From contig MU058252.1 of the NCBI GenBank assembly GCA_013265495.1, positions 1,646,244 to 1,710,243 on the forward strand: a stretch of 64,000 nt of DNA. Reading direction: 5' to 3'. Position numbers and translations under genes: made by a program. The notes below the pieces were generated by a model. The model was given only the letters and a program-made list of their open reading frames with translations, had not been told where the DNA came from and made no database searches. How positions within the stretch are numbered: position 1 is the first letter of the stretch; each line of letters begins with the position of its first letter. Below, one piece after another: positions 48,560 through 60,220 of this stretch. Source of the DNA: Vicugna vicugna. Taxonomy: Eukaryota.

Positions 48560-49290
48560 GCTTCGTCTTGGGAGCCGACTTGTCCAGGCTCTGGCGCACA
48601 GTGGTTTAACCAAACACCATCTGGGTGTCACTGTGGAGGCATGTTTAGATGTGGTTGGTGTCTAGAATCCATTGGCTTTAGGGAAGGAGGTTTTACACGA
48701 CATTGTGAAGCCCACAGTGTGCGTGGGGCCTACCCAGTCAGGTGAGAGCATGCCTCACTCAGCTTGGGCCGCCATAACGATGTACCGTAGACTGAGTGTC
48801 AGACCTCAGGAGCCTTTTCTCACTGTCCTAGAGCCTGGGAAGTCCAAGATCAAGATGCTGGCTGGCCCGATTTCTGGTGGGAGCGCTCTTCCTTGCTTGC
48901 AGATGGCTGCTGCTTACCGAGCCCTGGCTTGGCAGAGACAGTGAGCCCACCACAGAACATCATCCTCATGACCTCAGCAAACCCTAATCATCTCCCCAGG
49001 GCTTCACCTCCACATCCCATGACGTCAAGTGTCGGGACTTCAACGTGAGAATTCCAAGGGGATAGAAGCATTCATTTCAACAGAGCAAGAACTGAGGTTT
49101 CCCTGAGAAGAAGGAATTCTGCTTCGAGATGGCGTCCTTGACTCCTGCCTGGGTTTCCAGCCCCACAGAGCTCAGGCTGGGCAGCCCGCACAGTCACACG
49201 CGCCAGCTGCTCAGAGCCTCTCTCTCCAGCTGGCTGACTGGTGGAGATGTCCCAGGGCTTCTGGTTCTCTGGAGACACCTGCCAAATATG
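48560..49290 (+). mobile_element. MLT2 (ERVL) LTR split by an MLT1
   Basis: ctgggtgtcactgtggagg..tgtttagatg; resumes aagaactgaggtttccctgagaagaaggaattctgc. Confidence 0.7.
48750..49083 (-). mobile_element. MaLR MLT1 LTR nested in MLT2
   Basis: cagcttgggccgccataac.a.gtacc.tagactg...gaagtccaagatcaagatgctgg. Confidence 0.85.
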
Positions 49291-50445
49291 CGCTTGGAGG
49301 CAGATTTGGAGTTAATAATGTTCTGCCTTGCACATTCAGGCCAGGAGTGGCTTAGATCAGCCTAAATCGAGAAATTTAAAACATGAGTGACCTTTGGGGA
49401 AACAGTGACCCCAGTTGCCAAAACTCGTTTTCCGGCTATGGGGTCAAACTCCAGATTCCCCACCAGCCGCTCCTCCTGTTGCCTCGGGAAGCTTACCAAT
49501 CGCGTTCTCCTTGGCAAGTCTCATTGGGAGCTCCTCTCATCAGGAGTGGCTGCCCTAAGGAAGAGTTTAACACCTTGTAGGCTTCGCTTTACTAAGCCTA
49601 TTTCTTCATTCTCAGTCCTTGCACTATTTTAGACATTTAGAAAAGAGTGAGTTAGAAAAATAAGCGAGGCGATAAAGGGTAACTGGGGAGGGGGGAGTGT
49701 GGCACACCCCCTGGGGACTTACTGTTCTTTCATTTCACCTGGTTTTTATTTGTTCCTTTAGACATGAATCCTCTGTCAGTCTTCTTCATGTTAGGGTGGG
49801 GTGTTTGAAGTCTCATCTTCCACAATGTGCTTAGATAATCGTTTTTTGAAGAGATGAAGGGCAAGTTATCATTAATAATATTAATGAGACATTACACCCA
49901 AGAAGACCATTTTATAAATCTGATTTGGGTTCATGCTTTTATTTATTTATTTATTTTACATTTTTTATTGATTTATAATCATTTTACAATGTTGTGTCAA
50001 ATTCCAGTGTAGAGCACAATTTTTCAGTTATACATGAACATATATATATTCATTGTCACATTCTTTTCTCTGTGAGCTACCATAAGATCTTGTGTATATT
50101 CCCCTGTGCTATACAGTATAATCTTGTTTATCTGTTCTACAATTTTGAAATCCCGTCTATCCCTTCCCACCTCCCACCCCCTTGGCAACCACAAGTTTGT
50201 ATTCTATGTTGATGAGTCTATTTCTGTTTTGTATTTCTGTTTTGTTTGTTTGTTTGTTTTTTTAGATTCCACATATGAGCAATCTCATATGGTATTTTCC
50301 ATTCTCTTTCTGGCTTACTTCACTTAGAATGACATTCTCCAGGAGCAAATGACGTTATGTTGTTAGCTTTCATGGCTGAATAGTATTCCATTGTATAAAG
50401 ATACCACATCTTCTTTATCCAGTTATCTGTTGATGGACATTTAGG

Positions 50446-52139
50446 CTATTTCCAAGCCTTGGCTATTGTAAATAGTGCTGCTATTAACATTGGGGTGCAG
50501 GTGTCATTTTGAAGTAGAATTCCTTCTGGATATATGCCCAGGAGTGGGATTCCTGGGTCATACAGTAAGTCTATTCCTAGTCTTTTGAGGGATCTCCATA
50601 CTATTTTCCACAGTGGCTGCACCAAACTGCATTCCCACCAGCAGTGCAGGAGGGGTCCCTTTTCTCCACAGCCTGTCCAGCATTTGTCATTTTTGGATTT
50701 TTGAATGACGGCCATTCTGACTGGTGTGAGGTGATACCTCATTGTAGTTTTGATTTGCATTTCTCTGATAATTAGTGATATTGAGCATTGTTTCTTGTGT
50801 CTATTGATCATTTGTATGTCTTCCTTGGAGAATTGCTTGTTTAAGTCTTCTGCCCATTTTTGGATTGGGTTGTTTATTTTTTTCTTATTGAATCGTATGA
50901 GCTGCTTATATATTCTGGAGATCAAGCCTTTGTCAGTTTCATTTGCAAAAATTTTCTCCCATTCCGTAGGTTGAATTTTTGTTTTACTTATGGTTTCCTT
51001 TGCTGTGCAGATACTTGTAAGTTTAATTAAGTCCATTTTTTTATTCTTGCTTTTATTTCTATTGCTTGGGTAGGCTGCCCTAGGAGAACATTTTTGAGAT
51101 GTATGTCAGATAATGTTTTGCCTATATTTTCTTCTAGGAGGTTTATTGTATCTTGTCTTATGTTTAAGTCTTTGATCCATTTTGAGTTGACTTTTGTGTA
51201 TGGTATAAGGGAGTGTTCTAGCTTCATTGCTTTATATGCTGCTGTCCAGTTTTCCCAACACCATTTGCTGAAGAGACTGTCTTTATTTTATTTCATTGTA
51301 TATTCTTGCCTCCTTTGTCAAAGATGAGTTGACCAAACGTTTGTGGGTTCATTTCTGGGCTCTCTGTTCTGTTCCATTGGTCTATATGNNNNNNNNNNNN
51401 NNNNNNNNNNNNNNNNNNNNNNNNNNNNNNNNNNNNNNNNNNNNNNNNNNNNNNNNNNNNNNNNNNNNNNNNNNNNNNNNNNNNNNNNNNNNNNNNNNNN
51501 NNNNNNNNNNNNNNNNNNNNNNNNNNNNNNNNNNNNNNNNNNNNNNNNNNNNNNNNNNNNNNNNNNNNNNNNNNNNNNNNNNNNNNNNNNNNNNNNNNNN
51601 NNNNNNNNNNNNNNNNNNNNNNNNNNNNNNNNNNNNNNNNNNNNNNNNNNNNNNNNNNNNNNNNNNNNNNNNNNNNNNNNNNNNNNNNNNNNNNNNNNNN
51701 NNNNNNNNNNNNNNNNNNNNNNNNNNNNNNNNNTCGGCATATAGTGACACTTTTGCTTCCTCTTTTCCAATTTGGATCCCTTTTATTTCTCTCTCTTGCC
51801 TGACTGCTGTGGCTAGGACTTCCAAGACTATGATGAATAGGAGTGGTGATAGTGGGCATCCTTGTCTTGTCCCAGATTTTAGTGGGAAGCTTTTGAGTTT
51901 TTCACCGTTGAGTACTATGCTGGCTGTAGGTCTGTCATATATAGCTTTTATTATGTTGAGATATGTTCCCTCTATACCCACTTTGGTGAGAGTTTTTATC
52001 ATAAATGGGTGTTGAATTTTATCAAATGCTTTTTCTGCATCTATTGAGATGATCATGTGGTTTTTGTCCTTTCTCTTGTTGATGTGATGTATTACATTGA
52101 TTGATTTGTGTATGTTGAACCACCCTTGTGTCCCTGGGA
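50446..52139 (-). pseudogene. Disrupted L1 ORF2 (reverse transcriptase / zinc knuckle)
   Basis: Split across ORFs 51382-52056, 51027-51227 and 50446-51036; frameshifts and a premature TAG. Confidence 0.95.
51389..51733. other. Assembly gap (345 N)
   Basis: Run of N inside the L1. Confidence 1.
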
Positions 52140-52324
52140 TGGGTTCATGCTTTTAACATTCCTCTCGTAGCAAAGGCTTCATACGATAAACCTTAACATT
52201 TATGAGTGATTTTTTTCCCCAAGAGCCTTCTCAAGTCTTCAAAATCAATTTGGCATTTCCCCTGTTAAATGGAATAAAACGTAATTGAAATGTTTGAAGA
52301 ATAACGTCAGACACGAAAGGCCGA

Positions 52325-52570
52325 GAACAGCAACGTGATGTGGTGAGGAAGAGCCTGGGTTCTGGGGCGCTGAGTGTGGAGCTGGGCTTCCGGGCTTGGC
52401 CACCTTCCTGCCTGTGAGCAGTGGCCCTCACTCAGCTGCTCAGCCCATTTCAGCCACCGTCTTTTCCTGGATGTATCTTGGATCTTCAATCACCTGTGAC
52501 AGCTGAAATTGGAAAACTTGGCTTTTTAAGGGTTAACTGCAGGGTCAGTGAGCATAGGACTTATCATCAG
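52325..52570 (+). mobile_element. MIR SINE, degraded
   Basis: gtgatgtggtgaggaagagcctgggttctgggg...ctgggcttcc.ggcttggccac. Confidence 0.55.
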
Positions 52571-54389
52571 CATCTTCATCCTCCAGCCCCTTTGGCCGAT
52601 GAGCTTAGTCACTCGCGGGGCGAGCCCCCACTCCTCTCTGGGTCTGGCCACAGATCCTTCTCTGACGTAGTGTCCTAACCAGCCATGACCAATCAGTTAG
52701 AATTTGTACCAGACCTGACCGCTCTCTGCTGTGCTGGCATTACACCACCGCATTATCACTCTGCCCCTCTAAAGTCATCAGAAAGATTCCGTATGGCTTA
52801 CCGAGGCTCAGAGAATTGTAGAATATCGGGATGGGAAGATCCTCGGGGAACAGAAACAGTCCCTCTGCTTGTAGATGGGAAACTCTAGAGGGGCGGCATA
52901 CATCCCCCAAAGAAACCTGCAACATCAGGACCAGGACCTAGAGCTCCCTGACCGGTGATTTCCGAACCTTCTCAGCATCCTTCCAAAGAAGAGGAGAATT
53001 CCTTTGTTCTCCCTATGCTGAGTGAGTGATAAAATTCCAGGGTATCTGGCTCAGAAGGAACCTAGTGTCCACCTGGTCCAGCCTCCTACCCCTTGTAGGA
53101 AGAGGACCATCCAGCCATTTCCCGGGTACGTCTGGTGGCAGAGAGCTCTTTGGCAGGAACCCTTTCCGTTCTGGGCGCTAGTTGAATTAAACTCCCCTTC
53201 CCTAGAGATCTCGACAGTTGGCCCTAGCGTTTCCATCTGAACGAGCCCTACAACTGGTCAGTGTGGTATCTTTCCCCGGGAAGGCAGGAATGTAACTCAG
53301 CTAAATGCATCTATGCCTGGCTGGTAACAAGGACAGCTGAGCACGATGTCCGGTGGCTGGGGAGGCGCTTCCAGGCAGACGGATGTTCTCCGGGGAACTT
53401 TCAAAGGCTGCTTCTCCTGAACGCACAAGGCGCGCCCCAGCACTCTCGGGGGCACGAGGACCCAGTGGGGAGTCCGCGGCCTGTAGTCACACAGGCTCGC
53501 TGGAGGCCCTCCGTCCTTTATCTGAGGGTCACTTACAAGTATTTTCTGAGGGTGAGAATGGCTTCCTCTGGGCATGCGAGCTTCTCCCCAAGGCCCACTT
53601 TGACTGATAGTAATTTTTTCCACCACGTAAGCCATTTTGACATGAAAAGTGTGCTTTTCCAAGGCCCTTTTGAACTGATCGTTTGCCATTAGCCTTTGAC
53701 AAAGCTGCACATTATGGGAAATACCAAAGGAGCCGCTCACTCTCCACTGTAACTCAGAGAGAAGGCTAGGCGCTGAAACCCTAATACCGTATTTTCATGA
53801 CAAACAGCGCAACAAGGGCCCCAAATGGCCACCATGAATCTCCGATCCTGCCCGCAGTCGCCCTGGGAGAAGGGACTTCCGCAACACTTAACCTCTCCAC
53901 TCCGGCACATGGGTGCACGAGGCGTGTGGGGAAAGCTGCCCGTCGGCCAGGGCTGCCGTTCACGTGGTTCTGGTGCCCTGATAACTTGGAGTGGGCTCAG
54001 TTTTAAAGCCTGGGAACATGTCGGGAGACCGGGATTGTAATAGTTACACTTGACATCGCCCTGAATACAGAGGCCTTGGCAAAGGGACGACTGGCAGCCC
54101 CAGGCGTGGATATATCCTGTCCAAGGGAGCACATTAATCATGGCCAAGCTAGTTCTCTGGGGGCTCGGCAGGAGTGTCAGAAGGTTTCCAAGCAGCTTGG
54201 AAGCCTGCATTTCACTCACTTGATACAGAAATGGGAACGTGAATCAATGTTTATATCGACCCTGGAAGTCCCCTGGTGCATTTGGGCTCATTTTACAACA
54301 ACTTTCACCAGAGAGCAGAATTCAAAAGTAGCGAACAGGCTCACTTGACCTTCATATAGAAGAGTCTAGCAATTAAAAGACAAGGGACT

Positions 54390-54873
54390 TATATTAGGGT
54401 GCTCCTGAAAAGCAGAACTAAAAGAATGTGTGTCCGTGCATGCATGCGTGTGTGTGTGTGTGTGTGTGTGTGTGACATACGTGTACACATGTATGCATAT
54501 AGTAAAATAAGGAACTGGCTTATATGGTTACGAAGGCTGATAGGTCCCAAGATCTGCAGTCAGCAAGCTGGAGACCCAGGGAGAGCTGCTATTTCCGTTT
54601 GAGTCCAAAGGCTGGAAGAACCAAAGTTCCAGCTTGATGGCAGTGAAGACAGGAGAAATTCCCTCTTACTCAGCCTTTTTGTTATATTCAGAGCGTCACC
54701 TGATTGGACGAGGCCCACCACACTGGGGAGGACAATCTGCTTTACTCAGTTTACTGACTCAGATGTTATTAACTTCATCCAGAACCAGCCTCACAGAAAC
54801 ACCCAGAATGATGTCTGACCAAACATCTGGCCACCTGGGGCCCAGTCAAGTCGACATAAAACTAACCATCACA
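54390..54873 (-). mobile_element. MLT2 (ERV-L) 3' LTR with internal (TG)n
   Basis: tatattagggt...ataaaactaaccatcaca; directly followed by the polypurine tract (reverse complement aaggggtagaat). Confidence 0.9.
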
Positions 54874-55299
54874 ATTCTACCCCTTGTCAACTTGGCATCC
54901 ATACACAACTCCTTAAACCATCCTTATTCTCCAAATAAAGACAATAATTCTGGTCATAATTCTGCTTAAGAAGATACAACCGGCCTGATGACAACACCCA
55001 AACACACTAACTCCTACCTCAGATGAGGGCTAAAGCCCTTGAGAGATGTTTGCTCGTCTCGATATCCCATTACTTAAATACTGTGATGTAAAATTAACAG
55101 CACGTCAATACTGCGATGTAAAGCCAATCCATCTTATGTTACACGGTAAGGGAATAAGAGAGCGAGGAAAGCAAAGGTATTTACTTAACACACACACATA
55201 TTTATTACAAAACAAGAAGGAAATACTCCTGACAGTTACAGTCCTCAGTTCTGTAACTTGTCACCTTGTGTAGCTGGTATTTATAGCCGCCTTCTCCCT

Positions 55300-55630
55300 C
55301 TTCCCTTTCTGGGTCACCCTGGGCTTCAGCAAGCTCCTCAGCTGGTCATGAGCCTTTTCCTGGTGGGGTGACTCCCACGTTCAGTCCTCAAGGGTCTGGG
55401 TCACGCATAATCCTGCCTAGATGGGCTGTAGGGGTTTTGCCTTGACCTGAATCACAGAGCATGGGAACACCAAGCTGCCCTAAGACACGCTCTTCCTTAC
55501 TGCCGCTGTGGAACTGTGGTCCACCCTCCCCCGGGGCTCGGGATCAGTCACCCCAGCCGGCACAGGAACTCCCTTCTTTGCTTGTTGGTTCAGAGGCACG
55601 AGGAACCCAAAGTGGCCGGGGGAGGGGAAA
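55300..55630 (-). pseudogene. ERV-L dUTPase remnant
   Basis: ORF 55480-55890 contains PGHFGFLVPLNQQAKKGVPVPAGVTDP, matching the ERV-L dUTPase PPGHFGLL.PL.QQAKKGV..LAGVID. Confidence 0.85.
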
Positions 55631-56360
55631 AGTGACCAACCGGGGCCCTGCCCAACGTCCTGTCCCCTGGGAGGACGTCCCTTCACTGTCCTCTGGAGAT
55701 GTCGCAGGGAGGGGCTGTGGCGCTGCAGCTGTCCACCTGGGGGCGGTGTCTGCCCATCGAGCAGACCCGTCTGTGACCCACGAGGTGTCTCCTGTCCCTC
55801 CACCAGATGGTCAGAACTCCCCTGGACGCCACAGGTGCAGGCGGGGGAGAGAAGGCAGAGTGGCAGGAGGGCTGTGGGCGTCTGGGTCACTTCATGAGGC
55901 TCACTTGTGCCGCCAGCACCTGCTCCGGCCTGGTCGTGTGTGCCCCACTTCCGCCTGATGCTGGAGGGTCGCTGTGCATGCCCACCGTCATGGCTTGGTG
56001 GGTCAGGTCAAGAAAACACCTAGTTCATGATGGACAGCTCGGGTCGCATGGTAACTTGGTGGCCCACGGTCAAGTGTTCAGTCTCCACTAAGGCCCGACA
56101 GCAAACCTGCAGCTGTTTCTCAGAAGGAAGGCAGTGACCTGCAGAGGATGGCAGGGCTTTGCGCTGAAATCCCAAGGGCCTGGGCTGTGACTCACCTGTG
56201 GGACTGCCGACGGCTCCGGACAGCACCCCTGTCTGCTGCCGGCACTTCAGGCCCCTTGCACCCACTGCTGGGTCACAGGGCCGAGGGCAGAGCAGCCTGG
56301 ACCTGGTGCCGAGCCTTCTCTCATCTGGGCCCCAGCCTTTCAGGTTGCTAGGTAAGTGGG
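55630..56360 (-). pseudogene. ERV-L pol remnant (RT connection / RNase H start)
   Basis: ORF 56020-56418 ...GESQPRPLGF.RKALPSSA...EKQL...ALVETEHLTVGHQVTMRPELSIMN, recognisable ERV-L pol. Confidence 0.88.
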
Positions 56361-56369
56361 CCAGAGTAG

Positions 56370-56800
56370 TACATCCAAATGGGGAGTGCACGTTGACACT
56401 GACATCTGTGGGTCTCAATTACCATCGTGGGCCCCCCTTTAGAGTGGGGGCAACAGGGACCGATTAGTACGTGGAATCTTGGCCCTGACTGGTGAACGGT
56501 GGTTGCTGAGTTTGGATTTCCTCCAGTGGTTATTTTCCCTGTCCTTGAATTTATAACTGGACTAGACATACATGGTAATTGGCAGAATTCCATATTGTTT
56601 CATGCTGTGGGGAAGAGCTATCGTTGTGGGGAAGGCCAAGCCAAAGCTCTGACACTGCCTTCTCACGACCAAGAGGAGAATACCAAAAGCAACGTCACAC
56701 TCCTGGGGGTGGGAGAGATTCGTGGACCCTTAAAAACTGAGAGGATGACCAGGTGTGACACTGATCACATGCTCGTTTACTTCGCCGGCGTGGTCCTTAC
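56370..56800 (+). pseudogene. ERV-L protease / RT start remnant
   Basis: Plus-strand peptides LTL....HRGPPFRVGA and PVVIFPVLEFITGLDIHGNWQN resemble the ERV-L protease region. Confidence 0.75.
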
Positions 56801-56824
56801 TAAATCTCACTTTCTCTCTCTCTC

Positions 56825-57260
56825 TGCTGGTTGAAGTCAGCCTGCCTTTGTCACTGGCCACCCAGGGCTGGCCCCACGCACACACGTGTACAGTGGCCAT
56901 GGTGGCCGAGATGGCAACCAGGCAGTGTGGCCACCTGCTCACCAAAGCTGATCTAGCTACTTCCTCTGCTGACGTCCGTCCTGTTGGCAGTAAAGACCAA
57001 TGCCAAACCCCGATACGGGTCTATCGCTTGAAGAGGCTAAACAAACTTGGTAGCAAAGTGATTACCCTGGACCCCTTCCATCCAGAGCAGGGCAATTAGT
57101 CTTCCTGAAACTGACACGTCTTCTGGGGATGTGTTTTCCTGTCCTGCCTACAGGGGCTCAGCCAGCCCCACGGACCAAGGGCTTCCCGAGTATTTAGTCC
57201 ACTGCTAACATTTTTCTGGACCAAAGGATTCACTTTGCAGCACACATAGTGTGTGCACCG
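56825..57260 (+). pseudogene. ERV-L integrase N-terminal remnant
   Basis: SGHGGRDG (agtggccatggtggccgagatggc), LTKADLAT, GPLPS, and gaccaaaggattcactttgcagca (DQ..HF.A-like). Confidence 0.8.
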
Positions 57261-57554
57261 AGTACAATGGAGTATTATCCAGAAAACCTGGATGCATTTT
57301 CCAGGTCGAGGGAGACTCTTTGTAAATGTACCAAAGTATGAAAAAAAATCATGAACACTGATTGTGGAATAATAAGAGTTGGGCTCTGATAACCAACTCG
57401 GATGCCCCACCTGCCCACACCTGGGGTGGGATCTACTTCCACCCTCCCTCTTAATCCACAGTGAGATCATCCCCCCCTCCCAGAAGGGTGAGGATAGCGT
57501 CCTTTGCTGAAGGTGCTCAAGTGGTGCTCCTCTTGATACATAGCTGCTGTTTAA

Positions 57555-57690
57555 AAAAGTTGAAGTATAATTGATTTACAATGCTGTGTCAGTTGCAGGT
57601 GTACAGCAAAGTGATGCAGTTATGCATATACATATATATTTATACATTCTTTTCTAGATTCATTTCCATTATAGGTTAGTACAAGGCGTA
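57555..57690 (-). mobile_element. L1 3' terminus
   Basis: ttgaagtataattgatttacaatg...ggtgtacagcaaagtga..cagttat. Confidence 0.85.
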
Positions 57691-58539
57691 TGTATTTTTC
57701 TCCATCACTGTTCCTGGCGTCACCTGGGAGCACATTTACAAAGGAGACCATGTGAACAAATCTGGATGGACAGAAAACACTTTAGTTATTTCTCAACCCC
57801 ATTCGGAGGCTTAGCTGAGTTTATTAGATTTGATTAAAGGATTTTCTGCCTGGTTTGCCAGAGAGAGAGGGATTAAGCCATAGGGAGCTTTTCCCTTCCT
57901 GGGCTCTGCAATCCCATCCCGAGCAGAGTGGTGCTCTGTCTTCTTGGCTGATTTCCTCATCTTACTAAGGGCTCTTCCTTCATTTGTATTAATGAGATCA
58001 GTCAAAAATGATTAAGCCTTCTGCAGTTTCTCAGCCCATACATGATCGGATATAAAAGCTGGAGGGGAGAAGAGAAAGCCCCAAACTTCGCTTTGCAGAT
58101 CTGAGAACTGGAGAGGCTAACTGGCTTGCCTGAGGTCACATGGCCCTTCCCAGGCAGAGCACTCACAGCCAGTCAGCGGAGACGGGAGATCCCTGGTGAC
58201 CTCAAGCAAGCCAGTTAACCTCTCTGGTTAAGAATCAGGAACAGGGATTTGAATTGGATCTTAGAAAACAGACAGGATTTGGGCATGACAGTTACACAAT
58301 GTGCCTAGATGCACTTGCCTTGTCTGGCAAGAACTCAAGGGCAGACAAATTTCCATCTAATTTATGTCACCTTTGTGTGGCTCAGGCTGTGCATAACTGT
58401 AAGCAAATCAAAACCCAGTGAAACAGGTGAGGGCGGAGCAGGTGGTGAAGGAATGAGGGAGAAACTCATGACAAAATCTGTTGGCTCTTGGGCTGTAACC
58501 ACCCCGCTCCTTTTCTTTCCTCCTCCTTCAGAACATTGT

Positions 58540-58850
58540 CTTGATTGGCCAATTACATGCTGTAAGATCAGGCTGAATTCCGTGAAGAAACACTTGGATG
58601 GAAATCACTGTAGGTAGAGTTATTTTATTAGTATTCCCAAAGAGCTCTGATGGGGAATAATGATGGTAAATCATTAATACATATTTTCAGCTGCTTTAAA
58701 AATTAAATCTGTTCCACAATGTGGTTCACAATTTTATAGCCATTATCCGCAGCCCTTTGGGACCATCTCATAAAAGGCATTCCATAAATTTGATCTGTCC
58801 TTGTATTGCACCGCATTTTACAGCAATAATCTGGCATTTTGAAAACCTCC
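58540..58850. promoter_or_regulatory. Candidate conserved enhancer block
   Basis: AT-rich unique DNA; GTAAATCA 58666-58673, two ACAAT, CATTCC, CCATAAA. Confidence 0.35.
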
Positions 58851-59744
58851 AAGGCGTCATCTCCTTCAGAGGCAGCTATGCACGGAGGTGCAGGGGGACA
58901 GAGACAGCGGGTTCTGGGGAAGGCGTTTCCATCATTTTTTCCGAGTGGTAAAAGGAAAGGGTCCGAAGCAATCAGAGGTTTCTGGAGAGATTTATTTCCC
59001 TGTTCCCTGAGGCTTCCTGTTAAACCATACCAGATATGTCTCTTCTTCAATTGTCCTCCAAAACACTCCAGGCAAGAACCTCTCTATCAGACAGTGTATA
59101 ACACCGGTCACTCTTGCCTCGTCGCAGTCGAGCTGAAGGGACACTGTCCCAGTGAGCCCAGCCCAGGCGTGGAGAGAGTAATTCACCCCCTCTGTCTCCT
59201 CAGCCTGCGGTTTGCCACATCGCTGCCGCGTCACCACCCAAGCTCTGTTTCCAGAGTGACCACGAGGCTTGGCAAACCTCTCCAATATTTGAAAATTCAG
59301 ATACAAAATGTACAGAGTGCCCCTGAAATGAAAGCAAGGGATGTCCTAATCTATGGCAATATTGTGTTTTTTCACTCACTTAAATACCGTTTTAAGTTTG
59401 GTTTGGAAAACCTAAAAGGTGTGCATGAATGGTATTGAGGTCAAGGGCATCGTACAGTTTTAAACGGAAGGGCGCAGACAGTGGGGCCTGGAAGACTTGG
59501 AATTGAAGTGATTGAAATTCAGAGTTGATCTACACACCAGTTCCTGGGGCTGCAGTTGCTGCAGAAGGAACTCGGGCTCTACCCAGAGTCTTGAGCGACA
59601 TCCCTCCGGGTGAGATGAATAGAAGGGTGAATTAAAGAAAGTGGGGGAAGGAAGAAATCCGTGGAGGGACGGTTGCTTTAGGAACCCTAAGCGCTGCAGG
59701 GGAACAAGGCCCAGGCTTTGCAGCCTTGTTAAAGGGGCGGCAGC

Positions 59745-60220
59745 AGACTAGCGGTTGCGGGCCACCTGCACACGTTGTTTGGTCCATCTCAGCGTGTGAA
59801 CTTGACCGAGCAACATGGCTATCGTAGCCAGTCCCGGTGCTCGTTAGTGTCCAGCGCTGTCCCTCTCGGGCTCATGGAAGACTGTGTGCCAGACCCCTTG
59901 TGGTTAGGCAGGGCCATGTGACTCGTTCTAGCCAATGAACTTGGAGGCTGAGGTGGAACCTGCCCTTTCCAGGGTGACACAGTGACCCTTAAGCTTTTCG
60001 GTTGTCCGCCCATCAGGGAACACAGGGGTCTTGTGCCGAGTCGGACCAGAGCAGCTCAGACTGCCGAGTCACTGTGTGGGTGACAGCTGCTGGACTGTGG
60101 CCGGCACTCACAGAGGATTTTTTCTGGAAGGCAAACACGATTTTGTGCGTTAAGCTAATAAGATTTTGGAAATTTTTGTTGTTGTTACTTCGGCATAGCC
60201 TAGCTTACGTTGCCTAATCG
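59745..60220 (+). mobile_element. Old MaLR MLT1 LTR
   Basis: gttaggcagggccatgtgactcgttctagccaatg...tgttacttcggcatagcctagc. Confidence 0.75.

Larger units (their letters stand above)
49942..52139 (-). mobile_element. Young 5'-truncated L1 (about 2.2 kb), ORF2 RT to C-terminus plus 3' UTR
   Basis: ORF2 peptides [17 protein letters not shown]...[13 protein letters not shown] and [22 protein letters not shown]; 16-bp TSD tgggttcatgctttta at 49926-49941 and 52140-52155. Confidence 0.97.

Noticed and set aside
51293..52056. Long ORFs spanning the N run
   Set aside because: Length is an artefact of the assembly gap; only the L1 ORF2 frame is meaningful.
58839..59438. 199-aa plus-strand ORF
   Set aside because: Non-ATG start and no recognisable similarity.
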